A DNA stretch of 31,323 bases, taken from assembly GCA_027079895.1 (NCBI GenBank), contig JALWUZ010000012.1, positions 1 through 31,323 on the forward strand. Reading direction: 5' to 3'. Of the stretch, positions 16,364 through 25,204 are shown in pieces (position 1 is the stretch's first letter; every line of letters begins with the position of its first letter). The stretch is from Anaerolineae bacterium (GTDB lineage: Bacteria; Chloroflexota; Anaerolineae; B4-G1). The translations under genes were made by a program, and so were the position numbers. The notes beneath the pieces were generated by a model, which was not told the origin of the DNA, did no database searches, and was given only the letters and a program-made list of their open reading frames with translations.

Positions 16364-18358
16364 TCACGGCTTGGCCGTCGGGTCATCCCGGTCGAAGAAC
16401 AGCCGCATCCACAACTCGAAACAGACCATCCGCCATAGAGCACGGTCGGCCTGCACTCGTCCCGCCTTGTGCTGTTCCAAGAGAGTCAACGCCGCCTCCG
16501 GTTGCACGTAACCGCGCTCTCTGAGCCGCCGGGAACGAAGGATCTGCTCCACCTCGTCGGCCACCTCATCCCGAAACCACCACGAGCCGGGGGTCGGGAA
16601 GCCCAGTTTATCCTGCCGCAGTCGGACGAGGTCGGGGATGATACCCCGCATGGCCTTGCGGAGCACGACTTTGGTCGTCCCGCGGTTGATTCTGAGGTGC
16701 GCTGGCAGCCGGTAACTCAGTTCCACCAGCCGGTAGTCGAGGAAAGGCACGCGGGCCTCGACGGAGAAGGCCATCGAGTTGTGGTCCTCGTAGTGGAGCA
16801 GGGAGGGGAGGGAAGAGCGCGTCAAGGAGTTGTAGAGATGTTCGTCGAGAATCGAGGGGAAGTGGCGCTCCCCTTCCGGCTGAGGGGCGTAATGGTCGGT
16901 CAGCGCGGGGTTCAGCCACTCCGGGGCGATGGGAGCGGAACGCAGGCGCGGTCGTCCGCTCCAATGCAAGGCGACCTTGCGCAGAGCAGCGACGAGGGTG
17001 GCGCGGGGCCGCAATCCCAGATGATGGGGGAATGACCGCCACTCGCGCCACAGGGCAGCGAATCGCCCGGTGCGAATCAGGTCAGCCAGAAAAGAACTGT
17101 AGTAGGGTGAGTATCCGGCCAGCATTTCGTCGGCTCCCTGACCGTCGAGGAGCACCGTGACTCCGGCGGCGCGGGTCAACTCCATCACGTGCCACTGGGA
17201 GTAGATGGTGGTGGAGCCGAACGGTTCCCCCTGATGCCAGATGAGGCGCGGCGCGATGGCGAACAGGTCGGCGGCCTGGGGAGTGACGCGGTGACTTTCG
17301 ACGTTAGTCTGGGCGACGACAGCCTCGATGAACCGCTCCTCCTCGATGCCCGGATAGTCGTAGACCGACGAGAAAGTCTTCTGCCGGTCGCCAATCTGAG
17401 TGTCCACGCCCAATCCGCCGTCGGAGAGGAGCAACTGGTTGACCAGGCAGACGATGCTCGACGAGTCAATCCCGCCGCTCAGGCAAGAACCGACCGGTAC
17501 GTCGCTGCGCAGGCGCAGGCGGACGGCGTCCTGCAAGGTGGCGCGGAACTCGGCGACCCACTCCTGGTCGGAACGGCGCGGCGCAGCGGGGTGCAAGTCC
17601 CAGTAACGGGAGATCCGCACTCCGTCGCCGTCCACCAGCATGTAACTGGCGGCAGGTAGTTGTTGGATGTCCTTGAACAGCGTCTCGGCGGTGCGGTTGA
17701 GGTAACGCAGGGCCAGGTAGTCGTAAACCCGCGCCGGGTTCGGCTCGCGGGGGACGTGCGGGTCGCAGAGCAGGGCTTTGATCTCCGAACCGAAAATGAA
17801 ACGGCTGCCGTCGTGGAAGTAGTAGAACGGCTTGATGCCGAACCGGTCCCGTGCGCAGAACAGGCAGCGGCGACGGCCATCCCAAACGGCGAAGGCCCAC
17901 ATCCCGTTGAACCGTTCCAGGCAGTCGGGCCCCCATTCGGCGTAGGCGTGCAGCACCACCTCGGTATCGGTGGCGGTCTCGAAGCGGTGCCCTAGGCTCT
18001 CCAACTGGGCCCGTAGTTCCAGGTAGTTGTAGATCTCGCCGTTGAAGACAATCCACAATCGCCTGTCTGCGTCGCCCATCGGCTGGTGGCCGGACGGGGA
18101 GAGGTCAATGATGGCGAGCCGCCGGAAACCCAGGGCCAGGTCGTGCGGCCTGTCTCCGGCCTGGGCGATGTCAGGCAAACGGAGCGCGGGGACTGTGTCC
18201 CGACCGCCGTATTCGTCACAACTCCCGGCGGCGGTGTCCACGAACAGGTAGCCCTCATCGTCCGGCCCCCGATGGCGCAAGGTGGTCGTCGCCCGCCGGA
18301 TGGTCTCCGGGGGTACCGGGCTGCCGTCGAGATGCCAGACGCCGAAGATGCCGCACAT
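16364..18358 (-). CDS. asnB: AsnB-family glutamine-dependent amidotransferase (polysaccharide-type)
   Basis: N-terminal MCGIFG, RRLAIIDLS..GHQPM, FNGEIYNY, LSGGIDSS and EARVPFLD motifs. Confidence 0.93.
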   Translation of the reverse strand: MCGIFGVWHLDGSPVPPETIRRATTTLRHRGPDDEGYLFVDTAAGSCDEYGGRDTVPALRLPDIAQAGDRPHDLALGFRRLAIIDLSPSGHQPMGDADRRLWIVFNGEIYNYLELRAQLESLGHRFETATDTEVVLHAYAEWGPDCLERFNGMWAFAVWDGRRRCLFCARDRFGIKPFYYFHDGSRFIFGSEIKALLCDPHVPREPNPARVYDYLALRYLNRTAETLFKDIQQLPAASYMLVDGDGVRISRYWDLHPAAPRRSDQEWVAEFRATLQDAVRLRLRSDVPVGSCLSGGIDSSSIVCLVNQLLLSDGGLGVDTQIGDRQKTFSSVYDYPGIEEERFIEAVVAQTNVESHRVTPQAADLFAIAPRLIWHQGEPFGSTTIYSQWHVMELTRAAGVTVLLDGQGADEMLAGYSPYYSSFLADLIRTGRFAALWREWRSFPHHLGLRPRATLVAALRKVALHWSGRPRLRSAPIAPEWLNPALTDHYAPQPEGERHFPSILDEHLYNSLTRSSLPSLLHYEDHNSMAFSVEARVPFLDYRLVELSYRLPAHLRINRGTTKVVLRKAMRGIIPDLVRLRQDKLGFPTPGSWWFRDEVADEVEQILRSRRLRERGYVQPEAALTLLEQHKAGRVQADRALWRMVCFELWMRLFFDRDDPTAKP

Positions 18359-18361
18359 AGG

Positions 18362-19834
18362 CTAACCCTTTCTCCGCCTCACAACGAGACGGCTGCTCAC
18401 CATACGGAGTGCCTCTAGAATGTAGCGACGTTCTAAAAGCAGCATAAAGATGCCATAAGTCACAGTGAACACCAACGCTTTCATCAAACCGGTGCGCCAG
18501 TCAGAGCCGCCGAGTCCCGGCAGGCTCACAACCAGCAGAGAAAGAGACAATCCGGCCACCAAGGCGGCCAGCGGGGCCGCGAACAGCCGTGTGACTGAAA
18601 AATCCACGTAGGCGCGGGCCTGCCACAGCAGGATGGCGATCCCAACAACCAGCATCAAGTCCACGGCCAGTGCAACCCCGGTGATGCCAAATGGAATCCC
18701 CAGTGAAAACAATCCGGCCACCATCACAGCCAATTGGATAGAGCGAGCCCTCACTATCAGTTCCGGCTTTCCTACCGCCACGAACAGTTTGCCGACCGTC
18801 ACTTTGATGGGATCAAACAAAGCGTAGACCAGCATAAAGCGAAAAGCGTCCAGCATTGGGAGCCACTTCTCGCCCAGCAAAAGGCGGATGAACTCCGGCG
18901 CGACGAGGGCCAGCAACCCGGCCAGCAGGAAGCCGCCGCGTACCAAGAAAGCATTGACGCGGAAGAAGGCCCGTGAAAGGCTGGCTCGGGTCTCCTTCAA
19001 TTCAGCGTAAGTGCCCCCGGCGACGGTGTTGAGAGGCGTGGCTAAGATGGTACGGGGGTAATTGGCAAAACGGTAAGCGCGAGAATAGAAACTCAACGGG
19101 GTTTTCCCCAGGAAGAGCCCCGTCCACAGGTCGTCGGTGCGCTCCAACGCCCGTGCCAGCAACGTCGCAAGGAACGCCCGGCCGCCGAAACTCAAGAAAT
19201 AGCGGGTGGCCCTCAAATCCCAGGCCCAATGCGGGCGCCACACTGGACGCCACACGTACAAGGCAAGAAAACTCAGGAGAAGCATCACCAAGTCGGTCGC
19301 CACCAATGCCCACACAGTAGGCTTGTAGGAGGCAATGCCGAGGGCAATCGCAGTGGACAAAATAGCGTTGAGCAACTGTATCACAGCCAGCCGCCGATGC
19401 ACCACTCGGCGTGTCAGAATCAACCGGGGAGTTTCCGTCAGTTGGATACCGGCCCGAACGGCGACAATCGCCAGCATGACGATTCGGTCGGCCTTCTCAG
19501 CCAGCACCAACATACCGACGGCCAGCGCACCGGCCCATACCAGGGTGAAAATAGTTTTGAGGGTGAAATGTACCGCCGCAGCGTGCTCCTCGTCCTCGGT
19601 CTCCGGCGCACGGTGCAGAAACGCGCTTTCCATCCCGAAGTTCGGCAAGGGAGCGGTCAGGGCTGTAATCGAATTCGCCAAAGCATAAACACCGAACGCC
19701 TCCACCGGCAGCCAACGGGCCAACAGGACGGAGCGAATGAAGAGCACGACCACCTTCACCAAACTGGCGACAATGTTCCACGAGGCGGAGGTTACAGTGC
19801 GTTCGGCCAGACTTGTCTCTTGTTTACGTGCCAC
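18362..19834 (-). CDS. wzx: Wzx-type polysaccharide flippase
   Basis: Many hydrophobic segments; LARWLPVEAFGVYALA and LGEKWLP patterns typical of MOP-family flippases; glycan-locus context. Confidence 0.85.
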   Translation of the reverse strand: MARKQETSLAERTVTSASWNIVASLVKVVVLFIRSVLLARWLPVEAFGVYALANSITALTAPLPNFGMESAFLHRAPETEDEEHAAAVHFTLKTIFTLVWAGALAVGMLVLAEKADRIVMLAIVAVRAGIQLTETPRLILTRRVVHRRLAVIQLLNAILSTAIALGIASYKPTVWALVATDLVMLLLSFLALYVWRPVWRPHWAWDLRATRYFLSFGGRAFLATLLARALERTDDLWTGLFLGKTPLSFYSRAYRFANYPRTILATPLNTVAGGTYAELKETRASLSRAFFRVNAFLVRGGFLLAGLLALVAPEFIRLLLGEKWLPMLDAFRFMLVYALFDPIKVTVGKLFVAVGKPELIVRARSIQLAVMVAGLFSLGIPFGITGVALAVDLMLVVGIAILLWQARAYVDFSVTRLFAAPLAALVAGLSLSLLVVSLPGLGGSDWRTGLMKALVFTVTYGIFMLLLERRYILEALRMVSSRLVVRRRKG

Positions 19835-19840
19835 GACCCA

Positions 19841-19960
19841 TCACCTGGGATTCGACGCGGCCATCAACAGACGGCCCTTCTCCCGCGCCTGAGTGCTAAA
19901 CTCTGGCGACGTGCGGCTGACATCCATCAGATCAACCAGAAATGGAATGTTGGACATTTC
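19841..19960 (-). pseudogene. Orphan MNT 3' fragment (EMSNIPFLVDLMDVSRTSPEFSTQAREKGRLLMAASNPR*)
   Basis: Duplicate of the C-terminal part of the 20527-20865 MNT, ending in TGA 6 nt before the wzx start. Confidence 0.65.
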
Positions 19961-20034
19961 GATCACTTGTGGGCAATCCCGTACTGTCATTGCCCAGCAC
20001 GGCTATGGCGATGGTGCGATCTCGATACATTGAG

Positions 20035-20265
20035 TCATTCCAACAACGCCACAAATTCGTCGCGTGTCAACTCTGCGTCGCGGATTATCTTACGCAGCAA
20101 ACCGCGCCCTATATCCCGCCCCGGATGAACAGGCACAGTAACCACCCGTCCGTCTCGATGCATCATTCGCACATGACTACCCTTCTGACGAACAATGTGG
20201 AAGCCCCCTCTCTCAAGAGCACGTATGAGTTCTGCGGCTTTCAACACGGGTAATCTTTTTGGCAT
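20035..20265 (-). CDS. hicA: HicA family mRNA interferase toxin
   Basis: GFHIVRQKGSHVRM and VTVPVHPGRDIGRGLL motifs. Confidence 0.93.
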   Translation of the reverse strand: MPKRLPVLKAAELIRALERGGFHIVRQKGSHVRMMHRDGRVVTVPVHPGRDIGRGLLRKIIRDAELTRDEFVALLE

Positions 20266-20480
20266 CAGACGGTCACCTTCTGAATGCCTACCACTTCCGG
20301 CATTAACTCATCCATCTCTTCCTCGAGACAAAGTTCAATAACTTCTCTCATATTCGCCATCAGTTCATCAAGTGTTTTTCCCTGGCTGTAACAGGCCCGT
20401 AGCTGAGGCACCTCGCCGACATAATATCCATCCTCATCACGCTCAATGATCACATAGAACTCTCGCATAACCGGCTTCAT
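20265..20480 (-). CDS. hicB: HicB family antitoxin, short form without a DNA-binding domain
   Basis: IIERDEDGYYVGEVPQLRACYSQGKTLDE..NMREVIELCLE; 71 aa; stop overlaps the hicA start. Confidence 0.9.
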   Translation of the reverse strand: MKPVMREFYVIIERDEDGYYVGEVPQLRACYSQGKTLDELMANMREVIELCLEEEMDELMPEVVGIQKVTV

Positions 20481-20526
20481 TTTTCCCTCCTTGCTTCCCT
20501 CACGTCCGGGAAATCGCTACGCTTAC

Positions 20527-20865
20527 CTAATTGCTCCATAGCAAACGGCCCTTCTCCCGCGCCTGAGTGCTAAACTCTGGCGACGTGCGGCTGCCATCCA
20601 CCAGATCAACCAGAAATGGAATGTTGGACATTTCCAGGCGTTCGCGAATCAGGCTCAACTCCCTGGTCACATCGTCGGGGGAAAAGACGATGATGTCGAA
20701 ATCGGAAGCCTCGGAGTGCTCCCCGCTGGCCCTGGAGCCGAACAGATATACCTCGCACCGGCGCTCCTTCAATCCCTGAGCCAGTAGGGAAATGATTTGT
20801 TGCAGGTACCGCCCCTGACCGGTGCTCCGGGCTACCTCGTCCAGAGTTTCCTGCTTTAGTTCCAT
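20527..20865 (-). CDS. Minimal nucleotidyltransferase (MNT), no adjacent dedicated partner
   Basis: VYLFGSRASGEHSEASDFD (GSx10DxD) and IPFLVDLVD motifs; ATG 20865 lies 2 nt after the HEPN stop. Confidence 0.85.
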   Translation of the reverse strand: MELKQETLDEVARSTGQGRYLQQIISLLAQGLKERRCEVYLFGSRASGEHSEASDFDIIVFSPDDVTRELSLIRERLEMSNIPFLVDLVDGSRTSPEFSTQAREKGRLLWSN

Positions 20866-20866
20866 G

Positions 20867-21316
20867 CTAATCCTCACCACCGCGCTCACCGGCTAAATCC
20901 CGCGCGATGATGTCCTCGGCCCAACGGACGGTCGCCTCGGCGATATTGATAGCCTCCTCATACTGCCCCTCGGTGATCGGTTCTAGCCACCCAGGATAGC
21001 GTGTCACCACCGCGTATCTGGTCAAGCGTGCAGCCCGACGTACCTCTGGGGGGACATCGTATCGTGTCTTTGCCAGAACAAGCTCAAGTAAGTTGGCGAT
21101 ATCATGGATGTAAGGGAATCCCACCCTGTTGAGAACCAACACTGCTTTTATGGCCTTCTCCGCTGCTTGCTGAGCGGCAAAACACATATCCTCCAAGTAG
21201 ACACCTTCCACCCGTGCCCGCGCTTGTACCAGATTGCTCCTAGCACGGTTGAGCCACTCTCTGGGGTCATCAGGAGGGAAACGCTTGCCCTGCACAAGTC
21301 TTAGCTTAGCCGGCAT
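20867..21316 (-). CDS. HEPN domain protein
   Basis: PDDPREWLNRARSNL, CFAAQQAAEKAIKAVL, PYIHDI and LTRYAVVTRYPG motifs. Start uncertain (GTG 21295 is possible). Confidence 0.88.
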   Translation of the reverse strand: MPAKLRLVQGKRFPPDDPREWLNRARSNLVQARARVEGVYLEDMCFAAQQAAEKAIKAVLVLNRVGFPYIHDIANLLELVLAKTRYDVPPEVRRAARLTRYAVVTRYPGWLEPITEGQYEEAINIAEATVRWAEDIIARDLAGERGGED

Positions 21317-21626
21317 AGATCACCCGTCCTTCTTTCATCGCCGGTTTGATGACCAATCCAATGGAGTCGCGGTATCTCTCGACATCCTCCGGAGTGACGA
21401 CGATGACATCCACAGGCTGCCCCACTCCAATGAGGTTCATATAAATGTCCCCGGCCAACTCCCCGCGATGGGTCACGCCTGACTTAATGACCAGCAGATC
21501 CACGTCGCTATTCGGCCCCATCTCTCCGCGTGCGGCGGAGCCGAACAGGATGATTCGCTCCGGCTGTGCCACCTCGACGATGCGCCGGACAATCTCGTCC
21601 AGAACAGCCTGGTCTACCTGTCCCAT
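21306..21626 (-). CDS. Minimal nucleotidyltransferase (MNT) antitoxin paired with the downstream HEPN
   Basis: IILFGSAARGEMGPNSDVDLLVI (GSx10DxD); RBS GAGGAG before ATG 21626. Confidence 0.9.
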   Translation of the reverse strand: MGQVDQAVLDEIVRRIVEVAQPERIILFGSAARGEMGPNSDVDLLVIKSGVTHRGELAGDIYMNLIGVGQPVDVIVVTPEDVERYRDSIGLVIKPAMKEGRVIYAG

Positions 21627-21662
21627 CGCCTTGCTCCTCGTCACGCAGTCGCCTACCCCCGT

Positions 21663-21710
21663 TCAAAATTCAGCGACTGAATTTTAACACAGGGATACCC
21701 CCTGTCAAGC
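21663..21710 (-). promoter_or_regulatory. Sigma70-type promoter fused to a palindromic operator (copy A)
   Basis: TTGACA(21708-21703)-16 nt-TAAAAT(21686-21681) with TGn extension; AAAATTCAG-N3-CTGAATTTT overlaps the -10 and the start site. Confidence 0.8.
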
Positions 21711-22775
21711 CTACGAGCGGCCGACAGCCTCTCCGCCGTAGAAAACCTGATCCATGTACCGCACCATCCGCCGACCGTAGGCAATGCGCTCCCGATAAGC
21801 CCGTACCTCGTCGGGGCCGATCTCCCCCAACGCCAACTTGACCGCCACGTAGGGCGCGATGAAATCATCCTGGTAGATGAAACTGGACACGCGCGGGTTG
21901 ATCTCAATCAGCCGGTCGCCGATGAACTGCAAATTGACGCAGTAACTCAGGGGGATGACCCGCAGAATCTCCCGCGTCTGCTCGATTAGATCCGGGCGGC
22001 GAATCAACTCACCGCGCACGATGACCCCCCAGCGGGCCTGCTCGACCGTTTTGACCGTCGTCACCAATTCCTCCCCGTTCAGGCAGATGGAGTCGGTCGT
22101 CACCTCGCCACCGGTGAGGAACTCCATCACGATGAAGTCCGGGAAATCCGGCTCATCCCGAAAGATGGTGACGAACTCGTCCAGCGACATATAGCGGCTG
22201 TTGGGCTTGTAGTTCATCAGCAGGTCGCGGCGGCTGATGGAAGCGTCCATAATCCGAAACCCCCGGCTCCCTTTCGCCACGTGGGGCTTGAAACAGACTG
22301 CCTTCTCAGGGTATCCCAACTCGTGAGCCGCCGCGATGAACTCATCCAGGCTCTTGGGCCAGCGATATGCCGGCAGCGGCAAATCCGTCTCCTGTCTCAA
22401 CGCCTCGTACATCAGATACTTGTTGTTCGCCAGGTCAATGCTCTCCGGCGATGAGACCACTACCCGCGTTCCCAGAGCCTCGAACTCCTCCCTGTGACGG
22501 GCCAGCACCGGTACCTCGAAACTGCTCTCCGGGAACAAGACATCCGGCGACTCCCGCCTGACTACCTCTAGCATCCGCTCGATGTAATCATCGGCGGAGG
22601 CCGCCGGGACGGTGTAGAACCGGTCGGCCAGAAAACGCCCGATCGCCTCGTGATCCATATCCACGCCGACGATCTCCACCTCGCGCTCACCGTTCTGCCG
22701 CAGCATGCGGATAAGCGTGGACGCCCCCGGACAACCACAGGCCGTCACCAGAATCTTCAACGGTTTCAACGTCAT
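21711..22775 (-). CDS. ATP-grasp protein (carbamoyl-phosphate-synthase-like family found in glycan loci)
   Basis: ILVTACGCPG, NNKYLMY, FKPHVAKGSRGF, MEFLTGGE and LIEINPR motifs. Confidence 0.88.
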   Translation of the reverse strand: MTLKPLKILVTACGCPGASTLIRMLRQNGEREVEIVGVDMDHEAIGRFLADRFYTVPAASADDYIERMLEVVRRESPDVLFPESSFEVPVLARHREEFEALGTRVVVSSPESIDLANNKYLMYEALRQETDLPLPAYRWPKSLDEFIAAAHELGYPEKAVCFKPHVAKGSRGFRIMDASISRRDLLMNYKPNSRYMSLDEFVTIFRDEPDFPDFIVMEFLTGGEVTTDSICLNGEELVTTVKTVEQARWGVIVRGELIRRPDLIEQTREILRVIPLSYCVNLQFIGDRLIEINPRVSSFIYQDDFIAPYVAVKLALGEIGPDEVRAYRERIAYGRRMVRYMDQVFYGGEAVGRS

Positions 22776-22793
22776 CTTCGTCCCTCCGATAGG

Positions 22794-23588
22794 CTATACT
22801 TCACCGGCTTGCTCTTGCAGCCGAATCTCCTTTTCCACTTCTTCCTCCAACAGATTCAGCACCCGTCGGCGGACGGCCAGGAACGCTTCTCCAGTGTAAT
22901 CGCGGGGACGGGCCATATCCACATCCACGATCCCCTTCACCGTCCCCGGCCGGGCGGTCATCACGACGATGCGGTCCGCCAGAAAGACCGCCTCGATGAC
23001 GCTATGGGTCACGAAGACCACCGTTTTGTGCGTCTTGTCCCAGATGTCCACCAACTCCCGCTGCATATGCTTGCGCGTTTGGGCGTCCAGAGCCCCGAAC
23101 GGCTCATCCATCAGCAGCACCTTGGGGTTGTAAGCCAACGCGCGGGCGATTCCCACCCGCTGCTTCATCCCGCCGGAGAGGGTATGGGGATAAGCGTTCT
23201 CGAAGCCGCCGAGATGCACCAGGTTGATGTACTCCTGAGCCACCCGCTGCGCTTCGGACTTGCTCCACCCGTTGTGGATCAAGCCGAACATCACGTTGCC
23301 CAACACCGTTTTCCAGGGGAACAGCGCGTAATCCTGGAAGACGAACCCCCGATCTGGCCCTGGCCCTGCTATCTCCCGACCGTCCAACAGAATGCGGCCC
23401 GCCGTCGGCTGCTCGAAGCCGGCCATCAGGTAGAGCAGGGTGGACTTGCCGCACCCCGAAGGGCCGATCAACACGGTGAACTCCCCCTCGTGGATGTCGA
23501 GAGTGACCCCCCCCAGGGCCTCTACTTGAGCGGCGCCCTGGTCGAAAACCTTGTGTACGTCCTGCACCTCGATGATCGCTTTGCCCAT
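22794..23588 (-). CDS. NitT/TauT-family ABC transporter ATP-binding protein
   Basis: GPSGCGKST, FQDYALFPW, LSGGMKQR, LLMDEPFGALDAQTR and FVTHSV motifs. Confidence 0.95.
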   Translation of the reverse strand: MGKAIIEVQDVHKVFDQGAAQVEALGGVTLDIHEGEFTVLIGPSGCGKSTLLYLMAGFEQPTAGRILLDGREIAGPGPDRGFVFQDYALFPWKTVLGNVMFGLIHNGWSKSEAQRVAQEYINLVHLGGFENAYPHTLSGGMKQRVGIARALAYNPKVLLMDEPFGALDAQTRKHMQRELVDIWDKTHKTVVFVTHSVIEAVFLADRIVVMTARPGTVKGIVDVDMARPRDYTGEAFLAVRRRVLNLLEEEVEKEIRLQEQAGEV

Positions 23589-23594
23589 AATCGC

Positions 23595-24389
23595 CTACCG
23601 TTTAGCCAACATCCCCCACTTCTCGACCGTCTCCCGCTCCAACCACTTCAACAACACCCGGTCGAGCAGGAAGCCGGAAAACCCGATAATCAGCAGCCCC
23701 ATCAACATCACCGCCACGTCGTTCCAGAAGCGGGCCTGATAGACCATTTTGCCGATTCCCCACTCGACCAGCGCGGAGAGCATCTCCCCGCCCACCAGGG
23801 CCCGCCAGGAGTACCCAATCCCCAGCCTCAATCCGGTGATGACCGAGACCAGCGAGGCCGGCAACAACACCTCGACGAACAGCCGCCATCCGCTCACCCC
23901 CATAATCCGCGCCGCGTTCAACTGCCCCTGATTCACCATCTCGATACCGCGCATCGTGTTGTAAGTGATGGCGAAGAAGCCGCCCAGGAAAACCGCCGTG
24001 ATGACCGTCCGGTCGCCCAGCCCCATCGTGATGAGCAACACCGGCACCCAGGCGATAGTCGGCACCGAAATGAGCATGCTGAGCACCGGCGCGAACATCT
24101 CCCGGAGCAGCCGACGGGACGCCAGCGCCACCCCCACTATGATGCCCAGTCCCACCGCCAGGACGTACCCGATGGCCAGGCGGTACAGGCTGCTGGCCAG
24201 ATGGTGGAGCAGCACCCCCCTGATGGTCAACGTCCACAACTTGCCGACGATCACCGACGGGGACGGCAGCATCTCCATCCCGACGAGGTGCAGCCGTACC
24301 GCCAGTTCCCACAGGAGGCCGACGACGAGGAAAGGAAACAGGAACTCGACTATGCTCTTGGCGGCTGCGCGACCGGAATCGCCGTTCAT
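23595..24389 (-). CDS. NitT/TauT-family ABC permease
   Basis: LPSPS, VPTIAWVP, GLRLGIGYSWRALVGGEM motifs; start at ATG 24389 overlaps the upstream stop. Confidence 0.92.
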   Translation of the reverse strand: MNGDSGRAAAKSIVEFLFPFLVVGLLWELAVRLHLVGMEMLPSPSVIVGKLWTLTIRGVLLHHLASSLYRLAIGYVLAVGLGIIVGVALASRRLLREMFAPVLSMLISVPTIAWVPVLLITMGLGDRTVITAVFLGGFFAITYNTMRGIEMVNQGQLNAARIMGVSGWRLFVEVLLPASLVSVITGLRLGIGYSWRALVGGEMLSALVEWGIGKMVYQARFWNDVAVMLMGLLIIGFSGFLLDRVLLKWLERETVEKWGMLAKR

Positions 24390-25204
24390 CTCTGCACCAT
24401 CCCCCAGCGTTCGACGGTGAACTTTTCGAGTGTGTTGACCAACCCCTTTTCGATGACGAAATAGATGATGATGAGCAAGAAAATCCCCCCGTAAACCACC
24501 CCGGCCCGCAGATACTCGGCGGCATCCCAGATCATATAACCCAGTCCCCAACTGGCGGCGGCGATGAACTCAACGGCGATAATCGTCCGCCAGCAACGGG
24601 CCAGGCCCAACTTGACGCCCACCAACACGTACCCGGCGGCCCAGGGGAGATACACGTCGAAGAGCAGCGTCCCCTTGCCGGCCTCCATCATCCGCGCCGC
24701 CCGCACCAACTGCGGGTCAATGCTGCGCACCCCCGCAGCCGTGTTGTACGCCAGCGGGAAGAAAGCCGCGATACTGCCCAGCGCGATGATGGTCGGGTCG
24801 CCGAACCCCAGCCAGACGATGAACAACGGGGCCATCGCAATCCCCGGCACCGGCATCAACACCGTGATGAGCGGGTCGAAGAAGCGGTACAGGCGGCTGC
24901 TGATACCCATCAGGGCCCCCGCCAGCGTCCCGGACAATATCCCAATCACCGACGCCACCAGCAGACGGCTCAACGTGGCCGTGACGTGGCCTATCAACAG
25001 CGAACGAGTTGGCAGACCACTCGTGTACAACTCTGCCAACTCGCTCGCTATCTCCGTCGGCGGCGGGAACAGCGACGGATTGATGAGATTGACACCGGCA
25101 AGTAACTGCCAACCGGCCAGGAACAGAGCGACCGGCAACGCCGGCAGCCACCACCGGCTACCGGTCGCCCTACTGCTTTTGTGCTTCCTCCAAGAAACTC
25201 CCAT
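24386..25204 (-). CDS. NitT/TauT-family ABC permease (second)
   Basis: FPPPTE, PVPGIAMAPLFIVWLGFG and WRTIIAVEFIA motifs. Confidence 0.92.
   Translation of the reverse strand: MGVSWRKHKSSRATGSRWWLPALPVALFLAGWQLLAGVNLINPSLFPPPTEIASELAELYTSGLPTRSLLIGHVTATLSRLLVASVIGILSGTLAGALMGISSRLYRFFDPLITVLMPVPGIAMAPLFIVWLGFGDPTIIALGSIAAFFPLAYNTAAGVRSIDPQLVRAARMMEAGKGTLLFDVYLPWAAGYVLVGVKLGLARCWRTIIAVEFIAAASWGLGYMIWDAAEYLRAGVVYGGIFLLIIIYFVIEKGLVNTLEKFTVERWGMVQR

Larger units (their letters stand above)
19871..20634. repeat. 90-bp direct repeat (88/90 identical) of the MNT 3' coding region, bracketing hicB-hicA
   Basis: ACGGCCCTTCTCC...TTGGACATTTC at 19871-19960 and 20545-20634; two mismatches. Confidence 0.95.

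Noticed and set aside
19891-19899. CIRCE (HrcA) half-site GAGTGCTAA, also present in the 20545-20634 copy, and TTAGCAC near 30263
   Set aside because: The matching half-site at 9-nt spacing is absent; the first two lie within MNT coding sequence
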